Assembly: GCA_005881575.1 (NCBI GenBank) | Contig: VBCA01000005.1 | Coordinates: forward strand, 12,322 to 76,321 | Reading direction: 5' to 3' | Origin: Betaproteobacteria bacterium | GTDB taxonomy: Bacteria > Pseudomonadota > Gammaproteobacteria > Burkholderiales > SG8-39 | Length of the DNA stretch: 64,000 bases | Shown here: positions 19,516-27,370 of the stretch, piece after piece | How positions within the stretch are numbered: position 1 is the stretch's first letter | Layout of the letters: each line of letters begins with the position of its first letter | Notes under the pieces: model-generated | Seen by the model: the letters and a program-made list of their open reading frames with translations, nothing else | The model's database searches: none | What the model was told of the DNA's origin: nothing | Made by a program: the position numbers and the translations under genes

Positions 19516-21282
19516 TTACTTTCCCGATGCGGAAACGGCCCTCGCCATGACGAGCAAGGGTTCGACCGCGCTTCGATCCGCGGTGCGCGCTTGCTCGAGG
19601 ATCAGGATCGTCGCATTGACTCGGTGCGGAAACGTTTCCAGGGCTCGCGCGAGCAGACTGCGCGCTTTTTCCGCCTCCCCGCTGAGGGCTAGGAAGACCG
19701 CGCGTCGTGCCACCACCGTATTGGCGGGCCAGTAGCGGGCTACGCGCTCGCTCAGGGCCAGCTTCTCGGCAAGCTCGCTCCGGTCCAGCGGAGCGCCGAT
19801 CAATATCCATAGCTCCGCCAGGGGCGCCATGAGCCCGTGGGTCAGCTCGCGCATGGTTGCGGCGTCCTGTTGTGCTTGGGTGGCAGAGGTGAGCGTAACG
19901 GTTGTTCCGGTGATGCGGGTGACGTCGAGTCGCATGTAATCCCTGAGCATGATCGCCGAGGCGACGGAAAGCACGATGCAGACGGCACCCGCGCTAATCG
20001 CGCTCGCGCGCGCGACCGCCAGCGAGGGCCCCGCTCGCGCGCTTGCTCCTATCAAAAGCGCGGTGACGCCGAGGAAGTGTGCACTCCAGAACGGAAACTC
20101 GGTCAGCGAGTGGATCATTTCGATTCCAACCGCGGCAATGATCCACCACGAAGCGACCTCCCGCCCCGTCCAGTAACGCCGCGCGGCCTGCCACCCCCAG
20201 ACGCACAGACCGCCCAGTACCAGGAGCGTGCCCACCAGGCCGGTTTCGGCAAGGAGGTGCAGGGGAACATTGTGCGGCGAAGTCCAGACTTCACCGATTG
20301 TCGTGAGCGACGGATCAAGCCCGATCTCGAACGCGGCACCGGCGAACTCGCCGGTGCCGACGCCGCCGAAAGGGGCACTGAGAAATACGCGTAGCGCGAT
20401 CAGCCATACCTGCCATCGCGGCTCGCCGTGTTCGAGGCGATCGATTGCCCCTTCACCCGAGGGGCCGAGATGGAGTGCCGCGTTGAGCCACGGCACTGCA
20501 AAATGGGCTGCTAAGACTGCGCCCGCGATTCCGCAGGCAGCAATTTTCGGGCGCCACTTTTGGGCGCCTTCTTGAGTGCGCGCCGCTAGAAACCCGAGCG
20601 CCGCATACCATAGCGCGTAGAGCAGGGTGCCGCGCGAGCCGGACAGCGCGCCGCCCAGAACGAGCAGGGCCAGGGCCGGAAGTGCATACGCCGTCCGCAC
20701 TCGCTCGCGCAGCCACAGGAACAGGAGCGCGCCTTCCCCGAGCGCCAGGTAGTTGGCATAAAGATTCGCTTGGGCGATGTTTCCGTAGGCGCGGTTGCCG
20801 TGCAGCTCGGCGACGACATCCTCGAACAGCTTGGGTCGGCCATAGAACTGCATGACCCCCGCCAGCGAATTCGCAAGAGCGCCGGCCAGAAGAAACATGG
20901 CCAGTACCGTCGCCACGCGCGCGATACCGAGCTCAGCCGTGAGTTGTGCCCCGAGCCAAATCATCAGCGCGGCGTAGAGGACGTACAGCGCAGCGACCAC
21001 GGGCAATTGGGAATAGACGTGCCCGCCGCTCGCCGCCTGGGCGGCGAGAAACGCCGCGAAGACGATCAGCCATAGCGCCGGCACGGGCGAGGACACGAAG
21101 GATACGGCCGTGACACCTCGCCCGACGAGCAGGGTCAGCGCGGCTGCAATGCCCAGCGCTGCGGCCAGCCATCCGGGGAAAAAACTCAGGATGGGCTGCT
21201 GGTGATACGCCAGCAGGAACGGCAGCAGACACAGGCTGCCCGCGAGCAACAGGCTTATTGTTTGGCCCGAGCTTGTCTTCAC
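19516..21282 (-). CDS. PglL/TfpO-type O-antigen-ligase-family protein (predicted pilin O-oligosaccharyltransferase)
   Basis: 588 aa, polytopic. The N-terminus (LLPFLLAYHQQPILSFFPGWLA) resembles the PglL_A signature, the middle is Wzy_C-like, and the helical C-terminal domain resembles Wzy_C_2. It lies directly downstream of two pilin genes. GTG start. Confidence 0.7.
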   Translation of the reverse strand: MKTSSGQTISLLLAGSLCLLPFLLAYHQQPILSFFPGWLAAALGIAAALTLLVGRGVTAVSFVSSPVPALWLIVFAAFLAAQAASGGHVYSQLPVVAALYVLYAALMIWLGAQLTAELGIARVATVLAMFLLAGALANSLAGVMQFYGRPKLFEDVVAELHGNRAYGNIAQANLYANYLALGEGALLFLWLRERVRTAYALPALALLVLGGALSGSRGTLLYALWYAALGFLAARTQEGAQKWRPKIAACGIAGAVLAAHFAVPWLNAALHLGPSGEGAIDRLEHGEPRWQVWLIALRVFLSAPFGGVGTGEFAGAAFEIGLDPSLTTIGEVWTSPHNVPLHLLAETGLVGTLLVLGGLCVWGWQAARRYWTGREVASWWIIAAVGIEMIHSLTEFPFWSAHFLGVTALLIGASARAGPSLAVARASAISAGAVCIVLSVASAIMLRDYMRLDVTRITGTTVTLTSATQAQQDAATMRELTHGLMAPLAELWILIGAPLDRSELAEKLALSERVARYWPANTVVARRAVFLALSGEAEKARSLLARALETFPHRVNATILILEQARTADRSAVEPLLVMARAVSASGK

Positions 21283-21301
21283 TCAGAGTCGGCCGGAAAC
21301 G

Positions 21302-21327
21302 AAAAGGCCCGCGCGAGCGGGCCTTTT
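21302..21327 (-). terminator. Rho-independent terminator/attenuator after the pilin genes
   Basis: The sequence is AAAA-GGCCCGC-gcga-GCGGGCC-TTTT, a perfect 7-bp GC stem flanked by A and T tracts. It sits 20 nt after the pilin-1 stop and before the ligase gene. Confidence 0.75.
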
Positions 21328-21346
21328 GCGGTGACGGGAGGCGTGG

Positions 21347-22018
21347 TTAAAAAGCCTTGCAGACCAGGTACTGACTCACCCCGGTTTCCACATAGCCCGT
21401 GGCCGGGGTTGCGGCCAGGTCAGGATTCGCGGTGGTCTGCAGTTGCGCGCGCACCTGGCCGGTCGCCGAGTTGCTGTCGTCGATCTGCGAGTCTATCGCA
21501 ATCGCGACCTTGTCCGGTATATTCGAGCTGCATAGCGTCAGACCGGTGAAGCCCAGACCGACTGTCGGGACCACTGCGTTCTCCACGCCGACGATGCCTC
21601 CGGCCGCGTTCGGCGGATTCGTCGCGGCGCCGCTTCCCGTGGTCAAGCCCGCGACGAATCCGGCGATGCGCAAGTGTTGCCAGAACAAGTGGGATTCCTT
21701 CGTAAGGTCGACGTCATTGTACTTGCCTGCGATGACCCCGTTGCCGTCACCGCTTGCGGGAGCCTGGACGGTCCAGCGCGCGGTGGCATTCGGGTCGTCT
21801 CCGGGGAGGGCGCGGTAACGGTCCTGGTAGGAGGTCACGGCCACGGCGACCCCGTTGAAATCGTTGATCGCGTTTTTGATCTTGGCCTGGGTGATCATTT
21901 CCTGGCCCTTCAGGATGCCGCCCAGGAGCAGTCCGATGATGACGAGCACGATCGCGATTTCGACCAAGGTGAAACCGGCCTCGGTCGAATTTCTGTTGCT
22001 GAAAGCAGATGCGGTCAT
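21347..22018 (-). CDS. Type IV pilin-like protein, paralogue 1 (prepilin-type N-terminal cleavage/methylation domain)
   Basis: The sequence MTASAFSNRNSTEAG|FTLVEIAIVLVIIGLLLGG has G-1, F+1 and E+5. Two Cys residues (LCSSN..., YLVCKAF) could form a C-terminal disulfide loop. GGAGG lies 6 nt upstream of the ATG at 22018. Confidence 0.85.
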   Translation of the reverse strand: MTASAFSNRNSTEAGFTLVEIAIVLVIIGLLLGGILKGQEMITQAKIKNAINDFNGVAVAVTSYQDRYRALPGDDPNATARWTVQAPASGDGNGVIAGKYNDVDLTKESHLFWQHLRIAGFVAGLTTGSGAATNPPNAAGGIVGVENAVVPTVGLGFTGLTLCSSNIPDKVAIAIDSQIDDSNSATGQVRAQLQTTANPDLAATPATGYVETGVSQYLVCKAF

Positions 22019-22085
22019 AGGAGCCTCCAAAGCGCAGAAGTCTAGGTCAGTCGGGGGAAACGTGCACGAGCTGGTTGTTGAGCGG

Positions 22086-22781
22086 CTATAAGTTCTTGCA
22101 CAGCAGATACTGATTCACCCCGGTTTCCACGTAGGCCGTCGCCGCGCCTCCGGCGTCGCTAGCCGTAGGCGGATTCGCGGTGCCCTGGAGCTGCCCGCGG
22201 ATCTGGCCGGTCGCCGGGTTGCTGTCGTCCATCTGGCCGTCGACCGCGCTCGCCACCTTCTCCGGCAGGTTCGCGAAGCACACGATCAGGCTGGTGAAAC
22301 CCAGGCCGTTTGTGCCGGGCGCGCCCGACTCCACGCCGATCATGCCCCCGGCTGCATTCGTCGGCTGCGTCCCGCTTCCGGCTCCCGTGGTCAGGCCCGG
22401 GACGAATCCGGCGATGCGCAGATGCTGCCAGAACAGGTTGGATTCCGCTGCTGAGGTCGGGGCGCCCGCCCCTGGAAGGGCGTTGTAAAGGCCCGCGATG
22501 ATCCCGTTGCCGTTACCGCTTGCGGGATTCTGGACGGTCCAGCGTGTGGTGGCGTTCAAGTCGTCTCCCGGAATGGCGCGGTAGCGGTCCTGATAGGACG
22601 TCACGGCCACGGTGATGCCGTTGAAGTCGTTGACGATGTTCTTGATCTTGGCCTGGGTGATCATTTCCTGGCCCTTGAGCACGCCGCCCAAGAGCAGCCC
22701 GATGATCACGAGCACGATTGCGATCTCGACCAAAGTAAAACCCGCCTCGGTCGAATTCTTGCTGAAATTGGACAAACTCAT
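22086..22781 (-). CDS. Type IV pilin-like protein, paralogue 2
   Basis: It reads MSLSNFSKNSTEAG|FTLVEIAIVLVIIGLLLGG and is roughly 70% identical by eye to paralogue 1. The ATG at 22781 lies about 33 nt downstream of the predicted sigma-54 transcription start. Confidence 0.85.
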   Translation of the reverse strand: MSLSNFSKNSTEAGFTLVEIAIVLVIIGLLLGGVLKGQEMITQAKIKNIVNDFNGITVAVTSYQDRYRAIPGDDLNATTRWTVQNPASGNGNGIIAGLYNALPGAGAPTSAAESNLFWQHLRIAGFVPGLTTGAGSGTQPTNAAGGMIGVESGAPGTNGLGFTSLIVCFANLPEKVASAVDGQMDDSNPATGQIRGQLQGTANPPTASDAGGAATAYVETGVNQYLLCKNL

Positions 22782-22825
22782 GCAACCCCCAAAAATCAAA
22801 ACGGAGTAAAGATTCAACGAAACTC

Positions 22826-22840
22826 GCAAAATATGTGCCC
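22826..22840 (-). promoter_or_regulatory. Sigma-54 (-24/-12) promoter of the pilin genes
   Basis: The minus strand reads GGGCAC-atatt-TTGCG, compared with the consensus TGGCAC-N5-TTGCW. The GG/GC spacing is exact, and it lies 45-60 nt upstream of the pilin-2 ATG. Confidence 0.75.
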
Positions 22841-22851
22841 GAGAGTATACC

Positions 22852-22930
22852 CGGACACGCCACTTTTCATCGTGGGTGAGTCAGCCCTTTTTGTTGAAAA
22901 ATGGACACTTACGACGACTATCTGACACTT
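22852..22930 (-). promoter_or_regulatory. Candidate enhancer (UAS) with three GTGTC repeats
   Basis: The minus strand reads aaaGTGTCag-(N13)-aaGTGTCca-(N46)-gcGTGTCcg. The first two repeats are 20 bp apart. They lie 15-90 bp upstream of the -24 element in an AT-richer stretch. Confidence 0.45.
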
Positions 22931-22934
22931 TGCC

Positions 22935-23657
22935 TTAGTTCTTCCCCGGGGTCTTTCCGATCCGCGCTTCCAGTTGTTTCAGGCGCTCATCCAGGAATCT
23001 CAGCTCGGCCGGGTCCTTCACTCTCCCGCTTTGGAGATACCCCCCGATGATGAGACGGGCGGTTTCCAGCTCGTTCATGTCTTCCAGGATGAAGATCTCC
23101 ATCTGCTTCGCCCAGAGGGGAACGTCGTCGGCGACGGCGTAGCGCTGGATCGCTCGAGCGTAGCGGAGTGCGAGCGGCAGATCATGGAGCCGGTGCTTGG
23201 CGATGGCGGTGGCATGGGCAAGCCAGGGCCAGCGACGATTGGGATCGAGCAGGAACTGCCGATAAACGAACTCGAGCATGCTGCGCTGCTTGGCCTCGAC
23301 GGGCACTTCGGCATACAGCCTGCTCGCGGCGAGGAGGGGGTATTGGCCTCGCGGGTCCAGATCCAGTATTCTCGCGAGCCAAGCTTCCAGCCGGCCATAA
23401 TCGAGATCGCGATAGGGGACCTTGCTGCCGGATTGATAGTCGAACGCCTGTAAGTACAGCATCAGTGCCTTGCCGAGCGCCACGGGATCCCCGAAGCTCG
23501 CGAGCCTGAGCGCGGCGATGCTCGGCGCGGGCGCCAAATCCTCTGCCGCCGCCCGGGGCGGCGGGGCGGTGGCCTTCAGCCCGATCTGCGCGGCGAGCCC
23601 CAGAGCGAACAGCACGAGAACGCCACGCGGCACTACTGCAATCGATCGCTGTGACAT
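22935..23657 (-). CDS. Hypothetical exported/membrane-anchored helical protein (no family recognised)
   Basis: 240 aa with an N-terminal hydrophobic segment (VLVLFALGLAAQIGL) followed by a helical-repeat-like sequence. It starts 3 nt after the permease gene, so it is probably co-transcribed. Confidence 0.6.
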   Translation of the reverse strand: MSQRSIAVVPRGVLVLFALGLAAQIGLKATAPPPRAAAEDLAPAPSIAALRLASFGDPVALGKALMLYLQAFDYQSGSKVPYRDLDYGRLEAWLARILDLDPRGQYPLLAASRLYAEVPVEAKQRSMLEFVYRQFLLDPNRRWPWLAHATAIAKHRLHDLPLALRYARAIQRYAVADDVPLWAKQMEIFILEDMNELETARLIIGGYLQSGRVKDPAELRFLDERLKQLEARIGKTPGKN

Positions 23658-23660
23658 CGT

Positions 23661-24425
23661 CTAAAAGTTCTTTCGGTACAAATCGAAAAGCGCCGCGGAA
23701 CAGATCAGCACGAGGTAGAGCGCGGTCTGGCCGACGACGGGGCCGAGAGTGCTGACGCTCGGCGCCGATCCCAGCAGCCAAGTGGTCTGCGTCATCGCGT
23801 CGAGCGCCGGCAGCAGGAGCGCGATCAGGTTCACAACGGCATTCACCGCGCGATCGGTGAGGGTAGGATCCTGCAGCGGTGCGCCGGCGATGATCTGCAT
23901 TGCCGCCATTGAACGCGACAGCAGGTAGAAGCCTGCAACGGCGGCAAACGCCGGGACCACTTGCGCGAAAGACACCACGCAAAACAGACTCATAGCCGTC
24001 ACGATCAACAATTCGCAGATGAGGGAAAGAGTCCAGAGGGCGAGTCCCTGGGAATTTGCGAACGGCACCAAAGGCAGCGCGCTGAGCAGCGCAAGGATAG
24101 CGGCGAGCATGGCGTAACCGGCAAACTTTCCGAAAAAATAGGCGGAACGCGGCGCCGGCAGGGAGAGCAGCAGCTCGGTGACCTTGTCGCTCAATTCCCT
24201 CACCGTGCTCGTGATCACGAACACGGCCACGATGAAGACGGCGGCGACCCTGAGCGGGGCGGCGAGCAATGCGGTCTGGATCTCTCGAGATTCGGTGATC
24301 GCCACTTGATTCAGAAATTGGGCGAGGCCGAACGCGATTACCACGACCACTACCGCAAGCCACAAGAGGCGGTTTCGAACCGCCTCGAGCAAAGTAGCTC
24401 TAGCCAGCGAAGCGACGATGGGCAT
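23661..24425 (-). CDS. ABC-2 type transporter permease-like membrane protein
   Basis: 254 aa with about 6 hydrophobic spans. The opening ARATLLEAVRNRLLWLAVVVVVIAF is typical of ABC-2/NosY-like permeases. There is no adjacent ATPase gene. Confidence 0.6.
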   Translation of the reverse strand: MPIVASLARATLLEAVRNRLLWLAVVVVVIAFGLAQFLNQVAITESREIQTALLAAPLRVAAVFIVAVFVITSTVRELSDKVTELLLSLPAPRSAYFFGKFAGYAMLAAILALLSALPLVPFANSQGLALWTLSLICELLIVTAMSLFCVVSFAQVVPAFAAVAGFYLLSRSMAAMQIIAGAPLQDPTLTDRAVNAVVNLIALLLPALDAMTQTTWLLGSAPSVSTLGPVVGQTALYLVLICSAALFDLYRKNF

Positions 24426-24466
24426 GGCAAGTGTGGAATACGGCCTGAGTGCTCACAAGTCAAAGC

Positions 24467-24482
24467 TGGCACAATACGTGCC
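24467..24482. promoter_or_regulatory. Palindromic sigma-54-type element in the divergent permease/kinase intergenic region
   Basis: The sequence TGGCAC-aatac-GTGCC reads as GG-N10-GC on both strands: plus TGGCACAATACGTGC, minus AGGCACGTATTGTGC. It lies 42 nt upstream of the permease ATG and about 140 nt upstream of the kinase ATG. Confidence 0.5.
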
Positions 24483-24620
24483 TGTGGGAGCGTAAGTCCA
24501 CGGGGAGGGTTTGCGCAAGTCCGCACGATGTCTCCCCGATCTGACTGCCACAGACTCGGGAGAGGATAATATGCATCGCGGGCCTTTGAGCGCACTGCCT
24601 TTCGCGAACCCCGCTCTCGG

Positions 24621-26357
24621 ATGACCCAGGGTATGGCGACGACTGCCGCGCTTCAGATTTCTCAGCTTTTCATCGCGAGGTCATGGCGAGCTCTTTTTGT
24701 CGTCATGCTGGTGTCCCTGCATCTTGCCGCGATGTGGGGTACTGAGGATTACTGGGCGCGCGGCTTGATGCTCGCGCACTTCGGGCTTTTCATCCTCTGG
24801 CAGCCCTTCATGCGTAGCGAGCATCGCCTGACCTCGGCGCAGGTTGCGGCGATCGCTGCGATTGCGTTGGGGACCCTCTATTTCCTCAACTGGTGGCTGC
24901 TCGCCCTCTGGGTCAGCGTTCTGGCGGGAATCGTGGGCGGCAAGGTGTTCCTCTTCCAGGCACGGTGGCTGCGGCGCTTCTATCTCGTGGTGTTGCTGTA
25001 TCTCGTCTCGCTGCTGCTCATTTGGATCGTCCCGAACACCTTTCGTGTGCCCCTGCCCAATGAGGTCGAATTGCTGGCGCAATACGGCTTGCCCGTGCTG
25101 TTCCTCGTGATGGTTGCGATTCCCGCCGAGACGGACTCCGCGGAAACTCCCCAGGTCGTCGATTTTTTCTATGCCGCGATGATCGTGCTGCTGCTGATCG
25201 CCCTTGCGCTGGGCAGCTTTGCCTTCATGACGGTGGGCAAGATCGACTACATCATGGCTCTTTCGTTCAGCATGCTGATCATAGCGGGCGTGCTGCTGCT
25301 ACTCTCCTTCGCCTGGAACCCGCGCGCCGGATTCAGCGGGCTTTCCGTATATTTCTCGCGCTATCTGCTGTCGATAGGGCTGCCGTTCGAGCGCTGGCTG
25401 TATTTCTTGGCCGAGCTGTCGCAGCTCGAGACCAAGCCCGAGCGCTTCATGAAAGAGGCCTGCGTCGGCCTCGCGCGCCTACCCTGGGTGTCCGGCGGCT
25501 TCTGGCACACGGCGGGTGAGTCGGGCGATTTCGGCAAGGTCTCCAAGAACTCCGTCGAGTTCACCAACCAGGAAATCCACTTGCGGGTTTTCACCAAGCT
25601 GGCGTTGAGCCCTTCGCTGGTCTGGCACTTCCAGCTGCTCGGACAGCTTCTCGGCGAGTTCTATGTCGCCAAGCAGCGCGAGCAGAAACTCCAGCAGCAG
25701 ACCTACGTGCAAGCCGTTCACGAGACCGGGGCGCGCATGACGCACGACGTGAAGAACCTGCTGCAGTCTCTGAACGTTCTGTGCGCGGCCGCCGAGCGCG
25801 ATACCGCATCCGATGCAGACGGCGAACTGTCCTCGCTCATGCGCCGACAGCTCCCGGCGATTACGCTGCGCTTGCAGCAGACGCTCGACAAGCTGCAAAA
25901 GCCCGACGCGAGTAACGGTCGTTTCATCAAGGCCGATACGTGGTGGGAGGGCCTGCAGCGCAGCTATGCCGGTCGTGGCGTCGAGTTTTCCCGCGAGGGG
26001 CAGGGGGACTCCGTGATGCTGCCGAAGGAGCTCTTCGACAGCGCGGGCGACAATCTGCTGCAGAATGCGCTGCGAAAGCGCAGACTCGATGAATCCGTCG
26101 CCGTGCGCGCGACCTTCCGCTGCAACGACACCATCGAGTTTTCCGTGTGCGACAGCGGCGCTCCGGTGGCCGCGGAAGTGCTGCGTGGGCTGATGAGGGG
26201 GCCGGTGCCTTCGGAAACCGGATTCGGCATCGGCCTGTACCAGACCAGCCGGCTCGCCGAAATCTCGGGATTCTCGCTGCAACTGCGAGACAACGAGAGT
26301 GGCCGGGTGTGCTTCAGCCTGCGGGGAGAAGTGCGCCGCGGCGCACGCGGGCAGTGA
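24621..26357 (+). CDS. Multi-pass membrane sensor histidine kinase (PilS/PrsK-like)
   Basis: 578 aa. The first ~300 aa contain many TM helices. It has an H-box (ARMTHDVKNLLQSL) and an HATPase_c domain (DNLLQNALRK..., G.GIGLYQ). Confidence 0.85.
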   Translation: MTQGMATTAALQISQLFIARSWRALFVVMLVSLHLAAMWGTEDYWARGLMLAHFGLFILWQPFMRSEHRLTSAQVAAIAAIALGTLYFLNWWLLALWVSVLAGIVGGKVFLFQARWLRRFYLVVLLYLVSLLLIWIVPNTFRVPLPNEVELLAQYGLPVLFLVMVAIPAETDSAETPQVVDFFYAAMIVLLLIALALGSFAFMTVGKIDYIMALSFSMLIIAGVLLLLSFAWNPRAGFSGLSVYFSRYLLSIGLPFERWLYFLAELSQLETKPERFMKEACVGLARLPWVSGGFWHTAGESGDFGKVSKNSVEFTNQEIHLRVFTKLALSPSLVWHFQLLGQLLGEFYVAKQREQKLQQQTYVQAVHETGARMTHDVKNLLQSLNVLCAAAERDTASDADGELSSLMRRQLPAITLRLQQTLDKLQKPDASNGRFIKADTWWEGLQRSYAGRGVEFSREGQGDSVMLPKELFDSAGDNLLQNALRKRRLDESVAVRATFRCNDTIEFSVCDSGAPVAAEVLRGLMRGPVPSETGFGIGLYQTSRLAEISGFSLQLRDNESGRVCFSLRGEVRRGARGQ

Positions 26358-26361
26358 TCGA

Positions 26362-26380
26362 TCGCGGCGCTTCGCCGCGA
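26362..26380. terminator. Hairpin between the convergent kinase and pilus-operon ends
   Basis: The sequence TCGCGGCG-ctt-CGCCGCGA forms a perfect 8-bp stem. It has no clear U-tract, so its strength is uncertain. Confidence 0.4.
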
Positions 26381-26391
26381 CTCACTGGGGA

Positions 26392-27360
26392 TCAGGGCAG
26401 GCGCCCGGCAGCGACCATGCGGCTGATGAGCGCGCTGGAGGAAATCATGACCACGATGTCGTCGAATTCACAGGGCGGAGCCACGCTCTGCGGCGCTGGT
26501 GGGGGGGAAGGATCGACGCAACCCGCTGCGGAAGGCGTACGCGTTCGGCTGTAGAAGGCCCAGCTCGAGTAGCCCCCTGAGGGGGTGGCGGTTGTGTTGC
26601 CGTTGACATTGGCGGCTTCGTCGTTGCCGGTCGGTATGGGGTTAAGCCGCGTGCCGTTCGTCTGCCAGGCGCCGAAGCCGTTCTTGCCGTGCGAAATGAA
26701 TATCGCGGGCAAGGCCGAGCCCAAAGGAACGGCTGTCGTGGTCGAATCGCCTCGGGTGAAGACCGCGATGTCACCCAGCGAACACAGAGCGAACGACGAG
26801 AGCGCGGGGGCGGGTGAAAGTACGAAAGGCGCTACAAGCGGCGGAGCGGACGGAGGGCAGGTCGGATTTTGATCCGCGGGACTTTGACGAAAGGGGGCGA
26901 CCTGTGAAGGAAAAGTACCAGGAACGGCGTTTTGGCGCGATTGCCACGTGTTTAGACTAATTGCGTCCGCGAACGCAGGCGCTACACGATAGCTGAGCCG
27001 TCTCCCCCAAGCGTCAGTCTCAGAGACTCCCAGAGTTGTCCATGGCACTACGCCGAACACAATGTAGCAACGGTTGTTGTTGGGGTCCCACTGCTCGGCG
27101 CCAGCGCCAACCGGCGTAGCCCAAGTCGTGGTGTCAACCGTCCCCGCGGGCGTCCCGCCATTCGCCGGACACGGAAGGCGCCCGTTTGCCTGGGCGAATC
27201 CGATAATCGCATCCCTGATCGAATCCATACTGCGCTTAGTATCGGCCGAATTGCGCACGTCGATCTGGGTGGAGAGCGGAATCAAAGCGCCAGCGAGCAG
27301 CAAGGCGATGATCGCCAACGCCACCGCAAGCTCGACGAGCGAGAAACCCTTACTGCTCAT
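26392..27360 (-). CDS. Large minor (pseudo)pilin with prepilin-type N-terminal cleavage/methylation domain
   Basis: 322 aa. The sequence MSSKG|FSLVELAVALAIIALLLAG has G-1, F+1 and E+5. It is the last gene of the assembly operon. Confidence 0.8.
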   Translation of the reverse strand: MSSKGFSLVELAVALAIIALLLAGALIPLSTQIDVRNSADTKRSMDSIRDAIIGFAQANGRLPCPANGGTPAGTVDTTTWATPVGAGAEQWDPNNNRCYIVFGVVPWTTLGVSETDAWGRRLSYRVAPAFADAISLNTWQSRQNAVPGTFPSQVAPFRQSPADQNPTCPPSAPPLVAPFVLSPAPALSSFALCSLGDIAVFTRGDSTTTAVPLGSALPAIFISHGKNGFGAWQTNGTRLNPIPTGNDEAANVNGNTTATPSGGYSSWAFYSRTRTPSAAGCVDPSPPPAPQSVAPPCEFDDIVVMISSSALISRMVAAGRLP

Positions 27361-27370
27361 CGCGCTGGAT

